Program-made: the position numbers and the translations under genes
Assembly (NCBI GenBank): GCA_965261595.1
Contig: CBDHDG010000006.1
Coordinates: 256,001-320,000 of the forward strand
DNA: 64,000 bases
Direction of reading: 5' to 3'
Origin: a bacterium
Lineage (GTDB): Bacteria > UBA8248 > JACPRG01 > G963555815
In this document: in pieces, positions 19,994-31,189 of the stretch
Layout: each line of letters starts with the position of its first letter
How positions within the stretch are numbered: the stretch's first letter is position 1
Notes under the pieces: model-generated
What the model saw: only the letters and a program-made list of their open reading frames with translations
Database searches by the model: none
Told to the model about the DNA's origin: nothing

Positions 19994-21187
19994 GTGCTTA
20001 TGGACCTGTCGCGCGTTCAATCGATCCTCCGGGAGCGAAAGCTGGACGCGCTCATCGCATCCTCGCCCGAGAACATCTTCTACACAAGCGGCCTGGACAG
20101 CCTGCCGACCTCCCACAACACCATCCTCTTCATGCTGCGGCGGATCGGTCCGGCCTTCGTCCTGGTAACGCGCGAAGGCGAGCCGCGGCTCCTGATCAGC
20201 TACGGGACGTCCATGTACCTGGAAAAGCTGCAGACAGAGGAGCGGGTCGGCTTCACCCCGACCGGCATGCACCTCGAGTTGCCCGAGGACGAGACCGTCC
20301 CCGAGATGTACGAGACCGGAGCCATGAAGGGCCTTCTGAAAGCGATTCGGGAAAGCGGCCTGGCCAACGGCGTCATCGGCCTTGAAATGGACGACCTCCC
20401 GGCCCAGCACGCCGACGCCCTGCGGAGCGAGCTCCCCGGCGCCGCCTTCGAGGACGCCCGGGAGGCCCTCATCGACATAAAGATGGTCAAGACCCCGGCC
20501 GAGATCGAGCGGGTGCGCGAGGCCAACCTCAGAACGTGCGGGGCCATCAAGGACATGTGCCGGGCCATCGACGACGGCGTGCCGGAGTCGGCCGTCCTGC
20601 GGGCGCTGAAAGAGGGCTTCCTGAAGCGCGACTGTCTGTGGTGGCACACCACAATGGGCATCGGGATCAACGGAGCGGACCCCTATCACGTGGCCGGCAT
20701 GGACGACTACGTGGGCAAGACGGGCGACCCCGTCCGCTGGGACATCGGCGGGGTCTACAACCACTACACCTCCGACCTCGCCCGGACGATGTGCGTCCGC
20801 GAGACCTCGGACAAGGTCCACAAGCTCAACGAAATCCTGAAGGAATCCACCCTGCGGATGATCGCGGCCATCAAACCCGGCGTCCCCATGGAGGACATTT
20901 TCCCCATCGGCGTCGAGTACGTGAAGGAAAACGGCTATCCCCACTACAAGCGGGGGATGATGGGGCACAGCGTGGGCATCGAGGTGGAGGAATACCCCTT
21001 CATCGAGCCGGGGGAGAAGCGGCCCTTCGAGCCGGGCATGGTCTTCGCCGTCGAGTCCCCCTTCTACTGGAAGAATCTTTCCGGATTCAACATGGAGCAG
21101 AACATCCTCGTCACGGAAACGGGGTGCGAGGTCCTGAGCGAATCCCTGCCCTTCGAGTTGATCGTCTGCCCCTATCAGGGAGATTGA
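19994..21187 (+). CDS. M24 family (Xaa-Pro) metallopeptidase
   Basis: Creatinase-N region, KTPAEI, WDIGG..SDLART, GHSVG, AVESP, MEQNILVT. Confidence 0.9.
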   Translation: MLMDLSRVQSILRERKLDALIASSPENIFYTSGLDSLPTSHNTILFMLRRIGPAFVLVTREGEPRLLISYGTSMYLEKLQTEERVGFTPTGMHLELPEDETVPEMYETGAMKGLLKAIRESGLANGVIGLEMDDLPAQHADALRSELPGAAFEDAREALIDIKMVKTPAEIERVREANLRTCGAIKDMCRAIDDGVPESAVLRALKEGFLKRDCLWWHTTMGIGINGADPYHVAGMDDYVGKTGDPVRWDIGGVYNHYTSDLARTMCVRETSDKVHKLNEILKESTLRMIAAIKPGVPMEDIFPIGVEYVKENGYPHYKRGMMGHSVGIEVEEYPFIEPGEKRPFEPGMVFAVESPFYWKNLSGFNMEQNILVTETGCEVLSESLPFELIVCPYQGD

Positions 21188-21195
21188 GGGAGAAC

Positions 21196-22119
21196 ATGAA
21201 ACCCACCATCGTGTTTCAGGGAGGGGCCATCAACCCCTCGGACGGCGAATTCGGCGATACGGCGATCGGGCACCTCCAGGTCGGCGTGGACATCCTCAAA
21301 GACGGCGGCGCCGCACTGGACGCGGTCATCGCCGTCATCACCTCGGCCGAGGACGACCCCCTCTATCACGCGGGAACCGGCTCCCGGCTGAACCTGAAAG
21401 GCCAGATCGAGCTCGACGCCACCATCATGAACGGGGCGACCTTCGAGGCCGGGTCCGTGGGAGGAATCCAGCGGGTCAAGAACCCCATCCAGGTCGCCAA
21501 GGCCGTGATGGACGAGACCGACCACGTCCTCCTCGTCGGCGAGGAGGCCGAGATAATCGCCCGAAAGATGGGCTTCGAGGAATTCGACCCGGAGCTCCCC
21601 CACCGCCGCGAGGAATGGAAAGACCTGAGGGCCAAGATCCTGAGCGGAGAGGAGCTTGGCGGCTTCTATTCCTACTGGAAAAAGATCCGCAAGTGGGCGG
21701 ACACCGTCGGGTGCTGCGCCGTGGACCGGGACGGCAATTTCGCCGCCGGAACATCGAGCGGCGGCTTCCCCCTCAAAATGCCCGGCCGCGTCGGGGACGT
21801 GGGCGTCATCGGCGCCGCCACGTACGCCCTGAACGGCGCGGGCGCCATCACGATCACCGGGGCCGGAGAGCTCGTCATCAAGACCTGTCTCGGGTACCAG
21901 GTCGTCCAGAACATGAAGGCGGGCAAATCCGCGCAGGCCGCCGCCGAGGAGGCCGTCAAAGACCTCAACGCGCGGTTCGACAACCCCCTGATGTTCTTGA
22001 TCTGCATCGACAAGGACGGCAACATGGGATCGGCTCGGAACGTTCACCTGACGCCGCATTCCCACTGGCAAGAGGGCATGGACGCACCCGAGGGGAACTT
22101 CGCTCCGGTTTTTGAGTAA
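21196..22119 (+). CDS. Isoaspartyl peptidase / L-asparaginase (Ntn hydrolase)
   Basis: EDDP, ELDATIM, DTVG nucleophile, TSSGG, GRVGD, TGAGE. Confidence 0.92.
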   Translation: MKPTIVFQGGAINPSDGEFGDTAIGHLQVGVDILKDGGAALDAVIAVITSAEDDPLYHAGTGSRLNLKGQIELDATIMNGATFEAGSVGGIQRVKNPIQVAKAVMDETDHVLLVGEEAEIIARKMGFEEFDPELPHRREEWKDLRAKILSGEELGGFYSYWKKIRKWADTVGCCAVDRDGNFAAGTSSGGFPLKMPGRVGDVGVIGAATYALNGAGAITITGAGELVIKTCLGYQVVQNMKAGKSAQAAAEEAVKDLNARFDNPLMFLICIDKDGNMGSARNVHLTPHSHWQEGMDAPEGNFAPVFE

Positions 22120-22229
22120 TGACGCGATGGGGCGACGAGGGACGCACCGCGCGCCGGGTCGCCCTGAACCGCGTGAAGGAACTCTTGAGGAATCCGCTCA
22201 AGCAACATTCCCGACCCGGGGACTGTCGC

Positions 22230-25200
22230 TTACACCCTCCCCGCTTCCTTGAGCGCCTTGAAATTCGGGCCGTGGTCGAAGAAGGGGAATTCGCCCCGCT
22301 CTGAGCGCATTTTCTTCCGCAGTGAGGCCGTCGCGTTCTCGTCCACGGCCGCTTCATCCGAGAACACGACGCCGTAGTCCCGCCTCGCCCCCTCCGGGCT
22401 CACCTTTCCCCAGGCCACGTCCTCACGCACGAGATCCGTCTCCCGCTCCAGGGGGTCGCCCCAGCCGCCGCCGCCCGTCGTGATGATCCGGATGAGGTCG
22501 CCCGCCTTCACCGGGACCCGGTTGCTGAGAGCGGGGACTTTCCGCTCCTCCCTGCCGCTGGCCTCGCCCGGATTGATCGTCACCGAGTAGAGCCCGCCCG
22601 GCCGGCCGCCGTTCACCCCCCAAGGGGCGATGACCGAGCGGTCGGCGTTGCTGAGCGCCTCGCAGTCGCAGAGCGCCCGGAAAACCTTGAAATAGCCCAG
22701 GCCGCCCCGCCGCTTGCCCGGCCCGCCCGAGTCCACCGCCAGCCCCAGCCGCTCGACCCGGACGGGGAACCGGCTCTCGCTGAACTCGGCCGGCAGGTTT
22801 CGGCTATTGGGCACGACGTGGATGACGTCCACCCCGTCCCCCCAGGGCCGCCCGCCCGAGCCGCCCCCCAGGATCTCCCGGAAGAGAAAGAACTTCCCCT
22901 CTTCATCGTGGCCGTGAAGGCCCCAGTAGCGGATGGTCTCCTGGTCGGCGGGCATCTTCCCGCCGGTGGCGAGGCCGAGGACGCCGCAGAAAAGGCTCAA
23001 CAGCCGGAGGATGGTGAACGTCCGCATGTTCGTCGGGGCGGGGAAAACCGGCGTGATGAGGCTGCCCGGCTCGGGGAACTTTACGTCGATGAGCCGGCAG
23101 ATCCCCTCGTTGATCTCCACCTCGAACATGCGCTCGTAGCTGTCCGCCAGGTTGCGGAGGATCGGACCGACCCACTTTTTCAGGAAGGCCCCGTCGGCGT
23201 AGTCGCCGGGCCAGTTGATCGGCCCTTTCGCCTGGGGCGAGGTCCCCCGGAAATCCAGCGTGAGGCGGCCGTCCGCCTTAGTCATTTTCAGTTTGAGGAC
23301 GTGGACTTTGTCCGGCGTCACGCCGTCGCTCTCGATATAGTCCTCCCACGCGTAGGTCCCGTCCTCGATCTTGGAAAGCAGCTCGTCCCGGATCGTCCGC
23401 TCGCACTTGTCGAGGAGCGCGTCGAAGCACCGCAGGACCGTCTCCCGGCCGAACCGGTCGAACATCTCCAGAAGCCGGGCCCCGCCCGCGCGGCAGGCGG
23501 CGATCTCGGCGTCGATGTCCGCCCGCAGGTGCTCGCCCAGGCGGCTGTTGCGGAAGATGATCCGGTAGGCGCCCTCGTTCAGGACCCCCCGGTCGTACAG
23601 CTTGATGGGGGGGACGAGGATGCCCTCCTGGAAGACGTCGGTGGCGTTCGTCGGAAGGCTTCCCGGGACCATCCCCCCCACGTCGTCGTGGTGGCCGAAC
23701 ACCAGGGCGAAGGCGGACAGCTTCCCCCCGTGGAAAATGGGGACGCAGGAGCACAGGTCCGGCAGGTGGCCTATCCCCCCCTCGGACTCGTACACGTCGT
23801 TCCAGAGGAAGACGTCCCCTTCCCGGATCTCATCGAGGGACCAGTTCTTCAAGACGGGCGCGACGACGGCCGAATAGGACCGGCCGGTGAGCTTGTTCCC
23901 GTCCCGGTCGAACAACCCGACGCGGTAATCGTGCATGTCGCGGATGAGGGGGGAGCGGGCGGTGCGCTCGACGAGGTCTTCCATCTCCCGCTCGGCGGCG
24001 TAGAGCGCCCCTTCGATGATTTCCTGTACGACGGGGCCGGCCTCCGAGGCGGAATCGTCCGCCTCCGCGTCCTCCCGGACCGGAAGCCGGATCCTCAGAT
24101 TGCCCCGCGCGTCCACCTCGCACCGCCCCCCGGGCGGGACCACCGTCGTCGAGCCGTAATCCTCGACGATGGCGGGGCCTTCCACCGCGTCCCCGGCGCC
24201 CAGGCGGGTCCGGTCGTAAACCGGGGTCGAGACGGTTCCCGGCGCGGCGAAGTAAACCGGGCGCTCTCCCGTGCGGGCCGCCTCGGCCCCCCGTCCGTGC
24301 GGGACCGGCCGGTCCGGCGCGCGCGCCAGCCTGCCCACGGCCGTCACCCGGAGGTTGACCACCTCGACCGGGGTCCGGCCGCGGTAGTTGAAACCGAATT
24401 GGGCGAGGTAGGCCTCATGGAACCGGCCGGCGGCCTTTTCAAGAACGTCCGCGATCGATCCGCCCTTGGCGGGGAGGGGGGGGAACTCAACGGTCATCTC
24501 CTGCCCCTCGCCGTAGTACCGGAAATCCGCGGACCGCCGGTGCATCCGCGCGTCTTCGGGGGCGTCCTCGGCGTCGAGATCGGCACCGGCCCGGCGCTTC
24601 ATCTCCTGGAAGAGGCCCTCCACGTCCTCCGGCGGGATCCCGTCCAGACGGGCGATACACGCGCGGACGTAATCGTTGCGCAGGTCCACATTGACCAGGC
24701 CCATGGCGCTCCCGCACCCCGGGTCAGGCGGCACGATCACCTCGTCCACGCCGAGGACCTCGGCGATGTCCGCCGCCATGAGGGGGCCCGCCCCTCCGAA
24801 GGCGACGAGGGCGTATTCGCGCGGGTCCTTTCCCCGATTCACGGTCATCTGCCGGATGGCGAGGGCCTGGTTCCAGGCGGCCACGTCGAGGATCCCCCGG
24901 GCCGCTTCCTCGGGGCGAAGCCCCTGCGCCGCGGCGATCCGCCCGATTCCCTCCTCCGACCTGGCGCGATCGAGGGGCAGCTCCCCCCCCACCAATTTGT
25001 CGGGCAGCCGGCCGAGGAAGAGCTCGGCGTCCGTCACGGCGGGCTCTTCGCCGCCCCTGCCGTAGCACATCGGGCCGGGGTCGGCCCCGGCGCTCCTCGG
25101 GCCCACGCGGAGGCGGCCTTCGGCGTTGATCCAGGCGATCGATCCGCCGCCGGTGCCTACGGTGACGATATCGATCATGGGGATTTTCACGGTGTAATGG

Positions 25201-26165
25201 CCGAGCGTCGCCCGGGTGGTGTAAACGGGGGCGCCCCCTTCAATCACGGAGACATCCGTCGAGGTCCCGCCCGCGTCGAAGGTGATGACCTTTTCCAAGC
25301 CCGCGGCGGCGGCCAGCGCCGCGCCGGCCAGCACCCCCGCCGCGGGTCCGGAGAGGGCGGTCGCCAGGGGGCGATCCACCGCGGCCCGGGCGCTCATCAC
25401 GCCGCCGTTGGACTTCATCACCAGAAACGGGGTCCGGCCGCCCGCCGCTTCCCCCACCCGATCCGCCGCCCGGTCGATGTAACGCCGGATAACGGGCTTG
25501 CAAGCCGCGTCCATCAGCGTGCTCAGCGCGCGCTCGTATTCCTGTTGCTCGGGCAGGACCTCGCAGGAAAGCGAGACGAAGCATTCAGGGTGCTCTTCGG
25601 CGAGAATCTCCCGGGCGCGGAGCTCGTGGGCGGGATTGGCGTAGGCGTGGAGGAGACACACCCCGACGGTCCCGACGCCCAGGTCGCGGAAGCGGCGGGC
25701 CGCCGCGCGCACCGAGGACTCGTCCAGGGGCTCGATCGCCCGGCCCCGGGAGTCCATCCGCCCCCCCGCCTCCAGGACCCGGCCGGCCGGAACCAATCGG
25801 GGCGGCTTCACCCAAAAAAACGAGTTCCCGTAACCTTCCGGAACGCTCTGGCGGGCGATTTCGAGGATAAAGCGGAAACCCTCGGTGACGAGGAGACCCA
25901 TGTTGTGGTCTTCCCGCTCGAGGAGGACGTTGGTAGCCACAGTCGTCCCGTGGATGACGGCCGAGACGCGGGATTCCGACGCTCCCCCCTCCCCCGCCTC
26001 GCCGAGGATCCGCCGGACGCCGGAAAGCAGGGCTTGCGACGGGTCCGAGGGGGTGGAAGGGACTTTCGAGGAAAACAGCTTCCCGTCCGACTGGCGGACA
26101 GCGATGACGTCCGTAAACGTGCCCCCTGTGTCAACGCCGATCCGGAATTGCTCTTCCGCCGCCAT
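22230..26165 (-). CDS. Fused hydantoinase A/B - 5-oxoprolinase family protein
   Basis: GVDTGGTFTD, HGTTVATN, SGPAAG, DAGGTSTD, then HLPD, HHDDVGG, DSGGPG, TTGGGGWGDP. Confidence 0.95.
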   Translation of the reverse strand: MAAEEQFRIGVDTGGTFTDVIAVRQSDGKLFSSKVPSTPSDPSQALLSGVRRILGEAGEGGASESRVSAVIHGTTVATNVLLEREDHNMGLLVTEGFRFILEIARQSVPEGYGNSFFWVKPPRLVPAGRVLEAGGRMDSRGRAIEPLDESSVRAAARRFRDLGVGTVGVCLLHAYANPAHELRAREILAEEHPECFVSLSCEVLPEQQEYERALSTLMDAACKPVIRRYIDRAADRVGEAAGGRTPFLVMKSNGGVMSARAAVDRPLATALSGPAAGVLAGAALAAAAGLEKVITFDAGGTSTDVSVIEGGAPVYTTRATLGHYTVKIPMIDIVTVGTGGGSIAWINAEGRLRVGPRSAGADPGPMCYGRGGEEPAVTDAELFLGRLPDKLVGGELPLDRARSEEGIGRIAAAQGLRPEEAARGILDVAAWNQALAIRQMTVNRGKDPREYALVAFGGAGPLMAADIAEVLGVDEVIVPPDPGCGSAMGLVNVDLRNDYVRACIARLDGIPPEDVEGLFQEMKRRAGADLDAEDAPEDARMHRRSADFRYYGEGQEMTVEFPPLPAKGGSIADVLEKAAGRFHEAYLAQFGFNYRGRTPVEVVNLRVTAVGRLARAPDRPVPHGRGAEAARTGERPVYFAAPGTVSTPVYDRTRLGAGDAVEGPAIVEDYGSTTVVPPGGRCEVDARGNLRIRLPVREDAEADDSASEAGPVVQEIIEGALYAAEREMEDLVERTARSPLIRDMHDYRVGLFDRDGNKLTGRSYSAVVAPVLKNWSLDEIREGDVFLWNDVYESEGGIGHLPDLCSCVPIFHGGKLSAFALVFGHHDDVGGMVPGSLPTNATDVFQEGILVPPIKLYDRGVLNEGAYRIIFRNSRLGEHLRADIDAEIAACRAGGARLLEMFDRFGRETVLRCFDALLDKCERTIRDELLSKIEDGTYAWEDYIESDGVTPDKVHVLKLKMTKADGRLTLDFRGTSPQAKGPINWPGDYADGAFLKKWVGPILRNLADSYERMFEVEINEGICRLIDVKFPEPGSLITPVFPAPTNMRTFTILRLLSLFCGVLGLATGGKMPADQETIRYWGLHGHDEEGKFFLFREILGGGSGGRPWGDGVDVIHVVPNSRNLPAEFSESRFPVRVERLGLAVDSGGPGKRRGGLGYFKVFRALCDCEALSNADRSVIAPWGVNGGRPGGLYSVTINPGEASGREERKVPALSNRVPVKAGDLIRIITTGGGGWGDPLERETDLVREDVAWGKVSPEGARRDYGVVFSDEAAVDENATASLRKKMRSERGEFPFFDHGPNFKALKEAGRV

Positions 26166-26439
26166 GATGCCCCCTACCCGTTCCCCGGCCTATCGGTCAC
26201 ACCGAACGGCGGTCGCGCCGAACGGGGGTTACGCCGAATGGGGCGAGGAACCCGCTCTCCCGGGGTTGCGCCCTGATGGATTCGGACGAGAGCGGGAAAA
26301 TGTTCACCCGGGGGTCAATAATTGCCGCCGGGTGGGTCATTTCTGCCCTTTTGGACGCGGCCAAATCCCCACCATATTCAAGTATCTCATAACCCGTGGA
26401 ATTTCAGGGAGATCCCGGCGGGGGGGGGCGCTCTTTTTC

Positions 26440-26455
26440 TGGCATCTTTTTTGCT
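26440..26455 (+). promoter_or_regulatory. Sigma54 -24/-12 promoter
   Basis: TGGCAT-CTTTT-TTGCT with canonical GG-N10-GC spacing, 79 bp upstream of the GGDEF start. Confidence 0.7.
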
Positions 26456-26533
26456 CATACATGGCCTTACCCGATAGCTGTCGGGATTCAACCTTGTAGT
26501 GAAGGCGGAAGAGTTTCACAAGGGCGAGAAATC

Positions 26534-27636
26534 ATGGCGATTCTGAAACGCACAAAGGCCAAGGCGGTGTCGGCGCCCGCAAACGGCAGCACCGCCGGCG
26601 AAAAGAGCAATGGCGGACCGTGGGCCTGGGAGTTGACGGCCACGGCCCTCAACGATCTCTTTCTGGAGTTGGCCACTGTCGTCAGCGCGCCCGGCCTGAA
26701 GAACCTTGAGAAAGTCCTCGCCTCGATACCCGATCCGGACGATCCCGACATTACGCCCGCGGACCTCAAAAAGTTCGTCAAGCCGCTCGTCAAGCGGGGA
26801 AAAGAATACATCCAGGATTCCCGTGAATACCTGAACGATACAGAGAATGAGCTGAAAACGGTGATTCGCCTCCTGTCCAAGGCGATTGCCGAGATGAGCA
26901 GCGATGAGAACAAGTTCGCGAAATCCATCCTGGAGACCACAAACCGCCTTTCGGACATCTGCATCCTGGAAGACCTCCGGGCGATCCGCGAGTCCATCAG
27001 CAACGAGGTGGGGACCATCAAAGACACCGTTCGGGAGCAGAAAGAGAACAGCACCATCCGCATGTCCCAGCTCATCAAGCGGGTGGATATCTTGCAGGAT
27101 GAGCTGGAGACCGTCTCCCAGGAGTCTCTCCGGGACCCGCTCACGGGGCTTTATAACCGCCGCGCGTTCGATCAGGAGCTGAAGGGGCTTGTGGATCGGA
27201 ACCGAATCCTGCCCAACGCCTTCCTTCTGGTCATTTTCGACATTGACGATTTCAAGCTCATCAACGACCGCCTCGGACACCCCATCGGGGGGACAAAGCC
27301 CTGCAACTGGTGGCCAAGAGCACCCGCGACAACCTCAGGAGCAGTGATTTCCTGGCCCGTTATGGAGGCGACGAGTTCGTCCTCCTCCTCCAGACCGATT
27401 CCTTGAAAAAAGGAAAAAAGAAGATCCAGGGGCTGGCGGATTCCATCTCCCAGCTTGCGATCCCGGTCGAGTACGAATCCAAAACCGTTCAGCTCGCCCT
27501 GACCCTCAGCCTTGGAATCGCCAGATTCCAGGAGGGCGACACGGAGCAGACCCTCCTCAGCCGCGCCGATGAAATCCTCTATCTCTCCAAAAAAGCGGGC
27601 AAGAACCGGGTTTCAACAGAAGAGGATCTCACATGA
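26534..27636 (+). CDS. Diguanylate cyclase (GGDEF), frameshifted at G6 run near 27290
   Basis: DPLTGLYNRR, DIDDFKLIND..GH, then ARYGGDEF in a second frame. Confidence 0.85.
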
Positions 27637-27793
27637 TTTTCCGGTGAACTTCACCGGCTTGCGCGATGAAGAACGGGGGCGACCCGCCCGAATCCCGCTG
27701 ATGCGCCCTTTCAGTCGTTTCCGAACCATTGTAGAATCCCGGCCACACTAATTCCGGATGACACGTGAATCGTCTGACCGGATTGGACGCCGG

Positions 27794-28333
27794 ATGAAAA
27801 GGATTTTGCGCCGTTTCTTGGGTTGTAGCCTCTTCACGGGTGCGCTGTTCTGCGCGGCCGTCACCGAGGCGCGATGCGTCACCCCCGTCCCCACGGACGA
27901 ATGCGTTCCCCTCTCAGGTGTAAAGACGCTGGGTCTTCTGGTTGAGATACGGGAAGGCGTGTCGGCCCTCGGTATTTCCAAAACCCGCCTGATGAAAGCG
28001 GTCCAGCGGATGGTCCGGGGCCTCATGCCTCAGGTTCAGACCCATCCGGACCCGGGGCGGACGCCGCAAATCCGCATCGTCGCTTCGCGTCTGCGCCACA
28101 AGGGGAGCTTCGCCTCGATTTGTCTTCGGGTGGAAGTCCGGGCCATCGACCTGGGAACCCAATCTTTGGCCTGGAAATCCGTTTGGCACACCAGCCATGT
28201 CATTCCCGCACCGGCGGGAATTGGGCTGTCCGCTCTGGAAGACTCGCTGAGGGTCAGCCTCACCCGCCTACGGGCCGATTGGCGCAGGGCCAACCCCGGA
28301 CGCGCTTCACGCACCGGTCCCGCCGGGCGCTGA
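27794..28333 (+). CDS. Hypothetical exported protein
   Basis: Signal-peptide-like N-terminus MKRILRRFLGCSLFTGALFCAAVTEA. Confidence 0.55.
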   Translation: MKRILRRFLGCSLFTGALFCAAVTEARCVTPVPTDECVPLSGVKTLGLLVEIREGVSALGISKTRLMKAVQRMVRGLMPQVQTHPDPGRTPQIRIVASRLRHKGSFASICLRVEVRAIDLGTQSLAWKSVWHTSHVIPAPAGIGLSALEDSLRVSLTRLRADWRRANPGRASRTGPAGR

Positions 28334-28479
28334 GATCCCCGCTACAGTCGGTTGAGCCTTTTTCGGAATAGCCATCGCGGCTGGAATTGCGCCTTTGCGC
28401 CGCCATCCCCGGGAGCCGTCCTCCGGCCGCACCCAACTTAGCGCGTGGGAGCGGCGAAGAACCCCGGGCCGTCCACCCC

Positions 28480-28968
28480 GTGAGGGATTGGCGCTACAAG
28501 CTCCCGCCCAGGTGGCGGAAGCGGGGACGGAAGTCTCCCAGCAACCCGCAGGTGAAAGCGGCCCGGATCCCTCCGGGGGGCGAGAGCATGATCAGGACCA
28601 GCGACGGGAGGACGACAATGCTCTACAGGTAGAACATCCCCCCAAGACCGACGCCGGCGCGACCGCATAAAGGAGGGTATAAACCGTCAGGATGCCCCCG
28701 CCGTAGCGCAAGGTGCAGCGCGCCCCGTATTGGTCGATGAATTTTCCAATGTAGGGCCGGGAGCCGAGAAGGCCGATCGCGAAAATGCTCATCACCAAGC
28801 CGATCTGCGTCGTACCGATGTTGAAAGCCGCCAGGTAGAGGGGAAGCGTCGGCAGGAGCATGGCAAAGGAGATATAGAAGAGAACCTCGGTAAAGAAAAT
28901 GATGAACAGGTTTTGGTGCTTGAACTCCAGCAGGGTTTCCTGCAGGTCGCCCCCCCCGAGGCCCATGA
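28480..28968 (-). pseudogene. Degraded MFS transporter fragment
   Basis: LLPTLPLY, IGLVMSIF, RPYIGKFIDQYGAR (motif A), then frameshift and stop. Confidence 0.7.
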
Positions 28969-29321
28969 TTCCACACCCCCCATACAGGCTGGTTCGATGC
29001 TTGACTTGCAGGGCGCCGCACACCGAATGCGGCCGTCTCGCCCGCACGCTCAGGTTCTGACAAGCTTCGCGGGGAACGAAAACCCGCTTCGACCGTCCAT
29101 GCGTGTGTCCAACGTTCCTGGGGATGTCATACTTCTTTTCGTGGATCGCGCAATCTCTTTGACGCCGGGCGGGTCGCTTGGGGCATTGATGGATGCTCCC
29201 CTGAACAATGCTTCGGGAACGGAGAGAATCTGTATCTCCCCGTGAAACCCATCCCCGATACGAATTTCCGAGAACCTATCTCCCATCCCGGAAAACCGAA
29301 GACCCACGAGCAAATTAGTTG

Positions 29322-29350
29322 TTGACATGTGTAAAAAATCACTGTCTAAT
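29322..29350 (+). promoter_or_regulatory. Sigma70 promoter
   Basis: TTGACA-17bp-TCTAAT. Confidence 0.6.
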
Positions 29351-29605
29351 AAATGTGAGGTTGCCTATGGGTGAGTCCAACCCGGCCCCGCCTGTCCCTG
29401 CCAGGCAATCCCAGCCCTTTCCGGTTGGAAGGTGTTGGGTTCCGCGTTCTTCGTCCGGGTGTGACAAGAGACGGGAAGTTGCCCGCACCCTAAAAACATT
29501 TCCTAGCGAATTCGACATGCCGGTGAGTTGGTTTCCAGCGACTCGGCGAGCCAAGCGCGGAATCTCAGATACGACACATTGCAGGGAACCCAGGGGGAGG
29601 AAGCC

Positions 29606-31021
29606 ATGGCGCTGACTCACGAAGAAGAACCCAGACAGCTTTTGTATGGGATTGACGACGTGCCGTCGACAGGGCGGTCAATCGTCTTCGGTCTCCAGCA
29701 CGTTCTCACGATGTTCGGCGCCACGGTCAGCGTCCCGCTGATCCTCAAGGGCGCTCTTGGAATGGACGCCGTGCAAACGGGCATCCTCGTCACGGCGGTC
29801 ATGCTGTGCTCAGGGATCGCAACGGTGCTCCAGGTGACGATTGGTAGCCGGCTGCCCATCATCCAGGGCGTCTCCTTCTCCTTTCTGGCCGCTTTCTTTT
29901 TCATCGCCGGCCAGTACAAAGGCCCCGAAGCGATGCAATACATCGCGGGCGGGATCCTGTTGGGGGCCATCGTGGAGATGGTCATCGGATGGGGACGCCT
30001 CGCCGGATTGGTCCGAAAAATCCTCACCCCGGTGGTCATCGGCCCGGTGATCATGCTCATCGGCCTGGCGCTGTTCGCCGTCGGCGCGCCGCAGGCGGGA
30101 CTTCACTGGCCGACCTCCATCCTGACCATGGTGTTGATCTTCCTGTTCTCGCAGATCTGGTCGAAGAAGAGCATGCTCCTGCGGATGTTCCCCATCTTCA
30201 TGGCCATCCTGGTGGTTTGGGTCCTAAATCTCATCCTGAGCCAAGTGGGGGCGTACGGGCCCAAGCATCCGGGCTTCATCAACTTGGCCACGGTCAGCGC
30301 CGCGCCCTGGTTCAAATGGAGCACGGACAGCATCATTCTGCCCTGGGGCCCGCCGAAGTTCCACATCGGGTTCTTCTTTGCCATCCTGGCGGGATACCTG
30401 GCGTCGATGGTTGAGAGCATCGGCGACTACCACGCCGTCGCCGCGATGTCCCGCGCCCCCAAGCCGACCACCGAACAGTTGAACAAGGGCATCGGGTCCG
30501 AGGGATTAGGGTGCTTTATCACTGGCCTGCTTGGCGGGTTCGCCAGCACGAGCTACTCGGAAAACATCGGGCTGGTCAGCATCACGCGGGTGGCCTCCCG
30601 GCGCGTGGTCCTCGTCGCCGGGATCATCCTCATCATCGTGGGGCTCATCTCCAAATTCGGGGCGCTCATCTCCACGATGCCGGCTCCCTTGGTCGGCGGG
30701 CTCTACTGCGCGCTGTTCGGCCTCATCGCGGCCGTCGGCATCCAGCAGGTGGCCAAGGCCGATCTCAGTTCCGACCGAAATCTGTTGATAGTCGGGTTCA
30801 TCCTATTCATGGGGCTGAGCCTGCCCGCGTACATCAGCGGCGCCCCGCCCTTCAAAATCGACGGCGCGGCCCGGATGCGGGCAATCTTCGGAGGCGGGCT
30901 CGGCAACATCATCAACTCCCTGGCCGGCAGCGGAATGGCCGTGGCGGCGATCCTGGGACTGATCCTGGACAACTGGATTCCAGGAACAGATAAAGAGCGG
31001 GGCGTCAAAGCAGAGGCATAA
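29606..31021 (+). CDS. NCS2 nucleobase (xanthine/uracil family) permease
   Basis: GLQH, LPIIQGVSF, ESIGDY, SYSENIG...TRVASR signature. Confidence 0.95.
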   Translation: MALTHEEEPRQLLYGIDDVPSTGRSIVFGLQHVLTMFGATVSVPLILKGALGMDAVQTGILVTAVMLCSGIATVLQVTIGSRLPIIQGVSFSFLAAFFFIAGQYKGPEAMQYIAGGILLGAIVEMVIGWGRLAGLVRKILTPVVIGPVIMLIGLALFAVGAPQAGLHWPTSILTMVLIFLFSQIWSKKSMLLRMFPIFMAILVVWVLNLILSQVGAYGPKHPGFINLATVSAAPWFKWSTDSIILPWGPPKFHIGFFFAILAGYLASMVESIGDYHAVAAMSRAPKPTTEQLNKGIGSEGLGCFITGLLGGFASTSYSENIGLVSITRVASRRVVLVAGIILIIVGLISKFGALISTMPAPLVGGLYCALFGLIAAVGIQQVAKADLSSDRNLLIVGFILFMGLSLPAYISGAPPFKIDGAARMRAIFGGGLGNIINSLAGSGMAVAAILGLILDNWIPGTDKERGVKAEA

Positions 31022-31189
31022 AAGGAGCCTAACGCCCCATCACATAAGACGGGCGGGCGCAAAAGAGCCGTCCGTTCTCAAGTTCGTTCGCAGGAGGCCC
31101 CCAGGGGCCTCCTGCGTTTTCTCATGCACGGCGCCGGATGCGTGTCCCAGCAATCCAGCCGCGGACCCCCGCCGGCTCGTCTCGCCCGA

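Noticed and set aside
22818..26276. 1152-aa plus-strand ORF and other long antisense ORFs
   Set aside because: Shadow frames of GC-rich genes with no recognisable motifs
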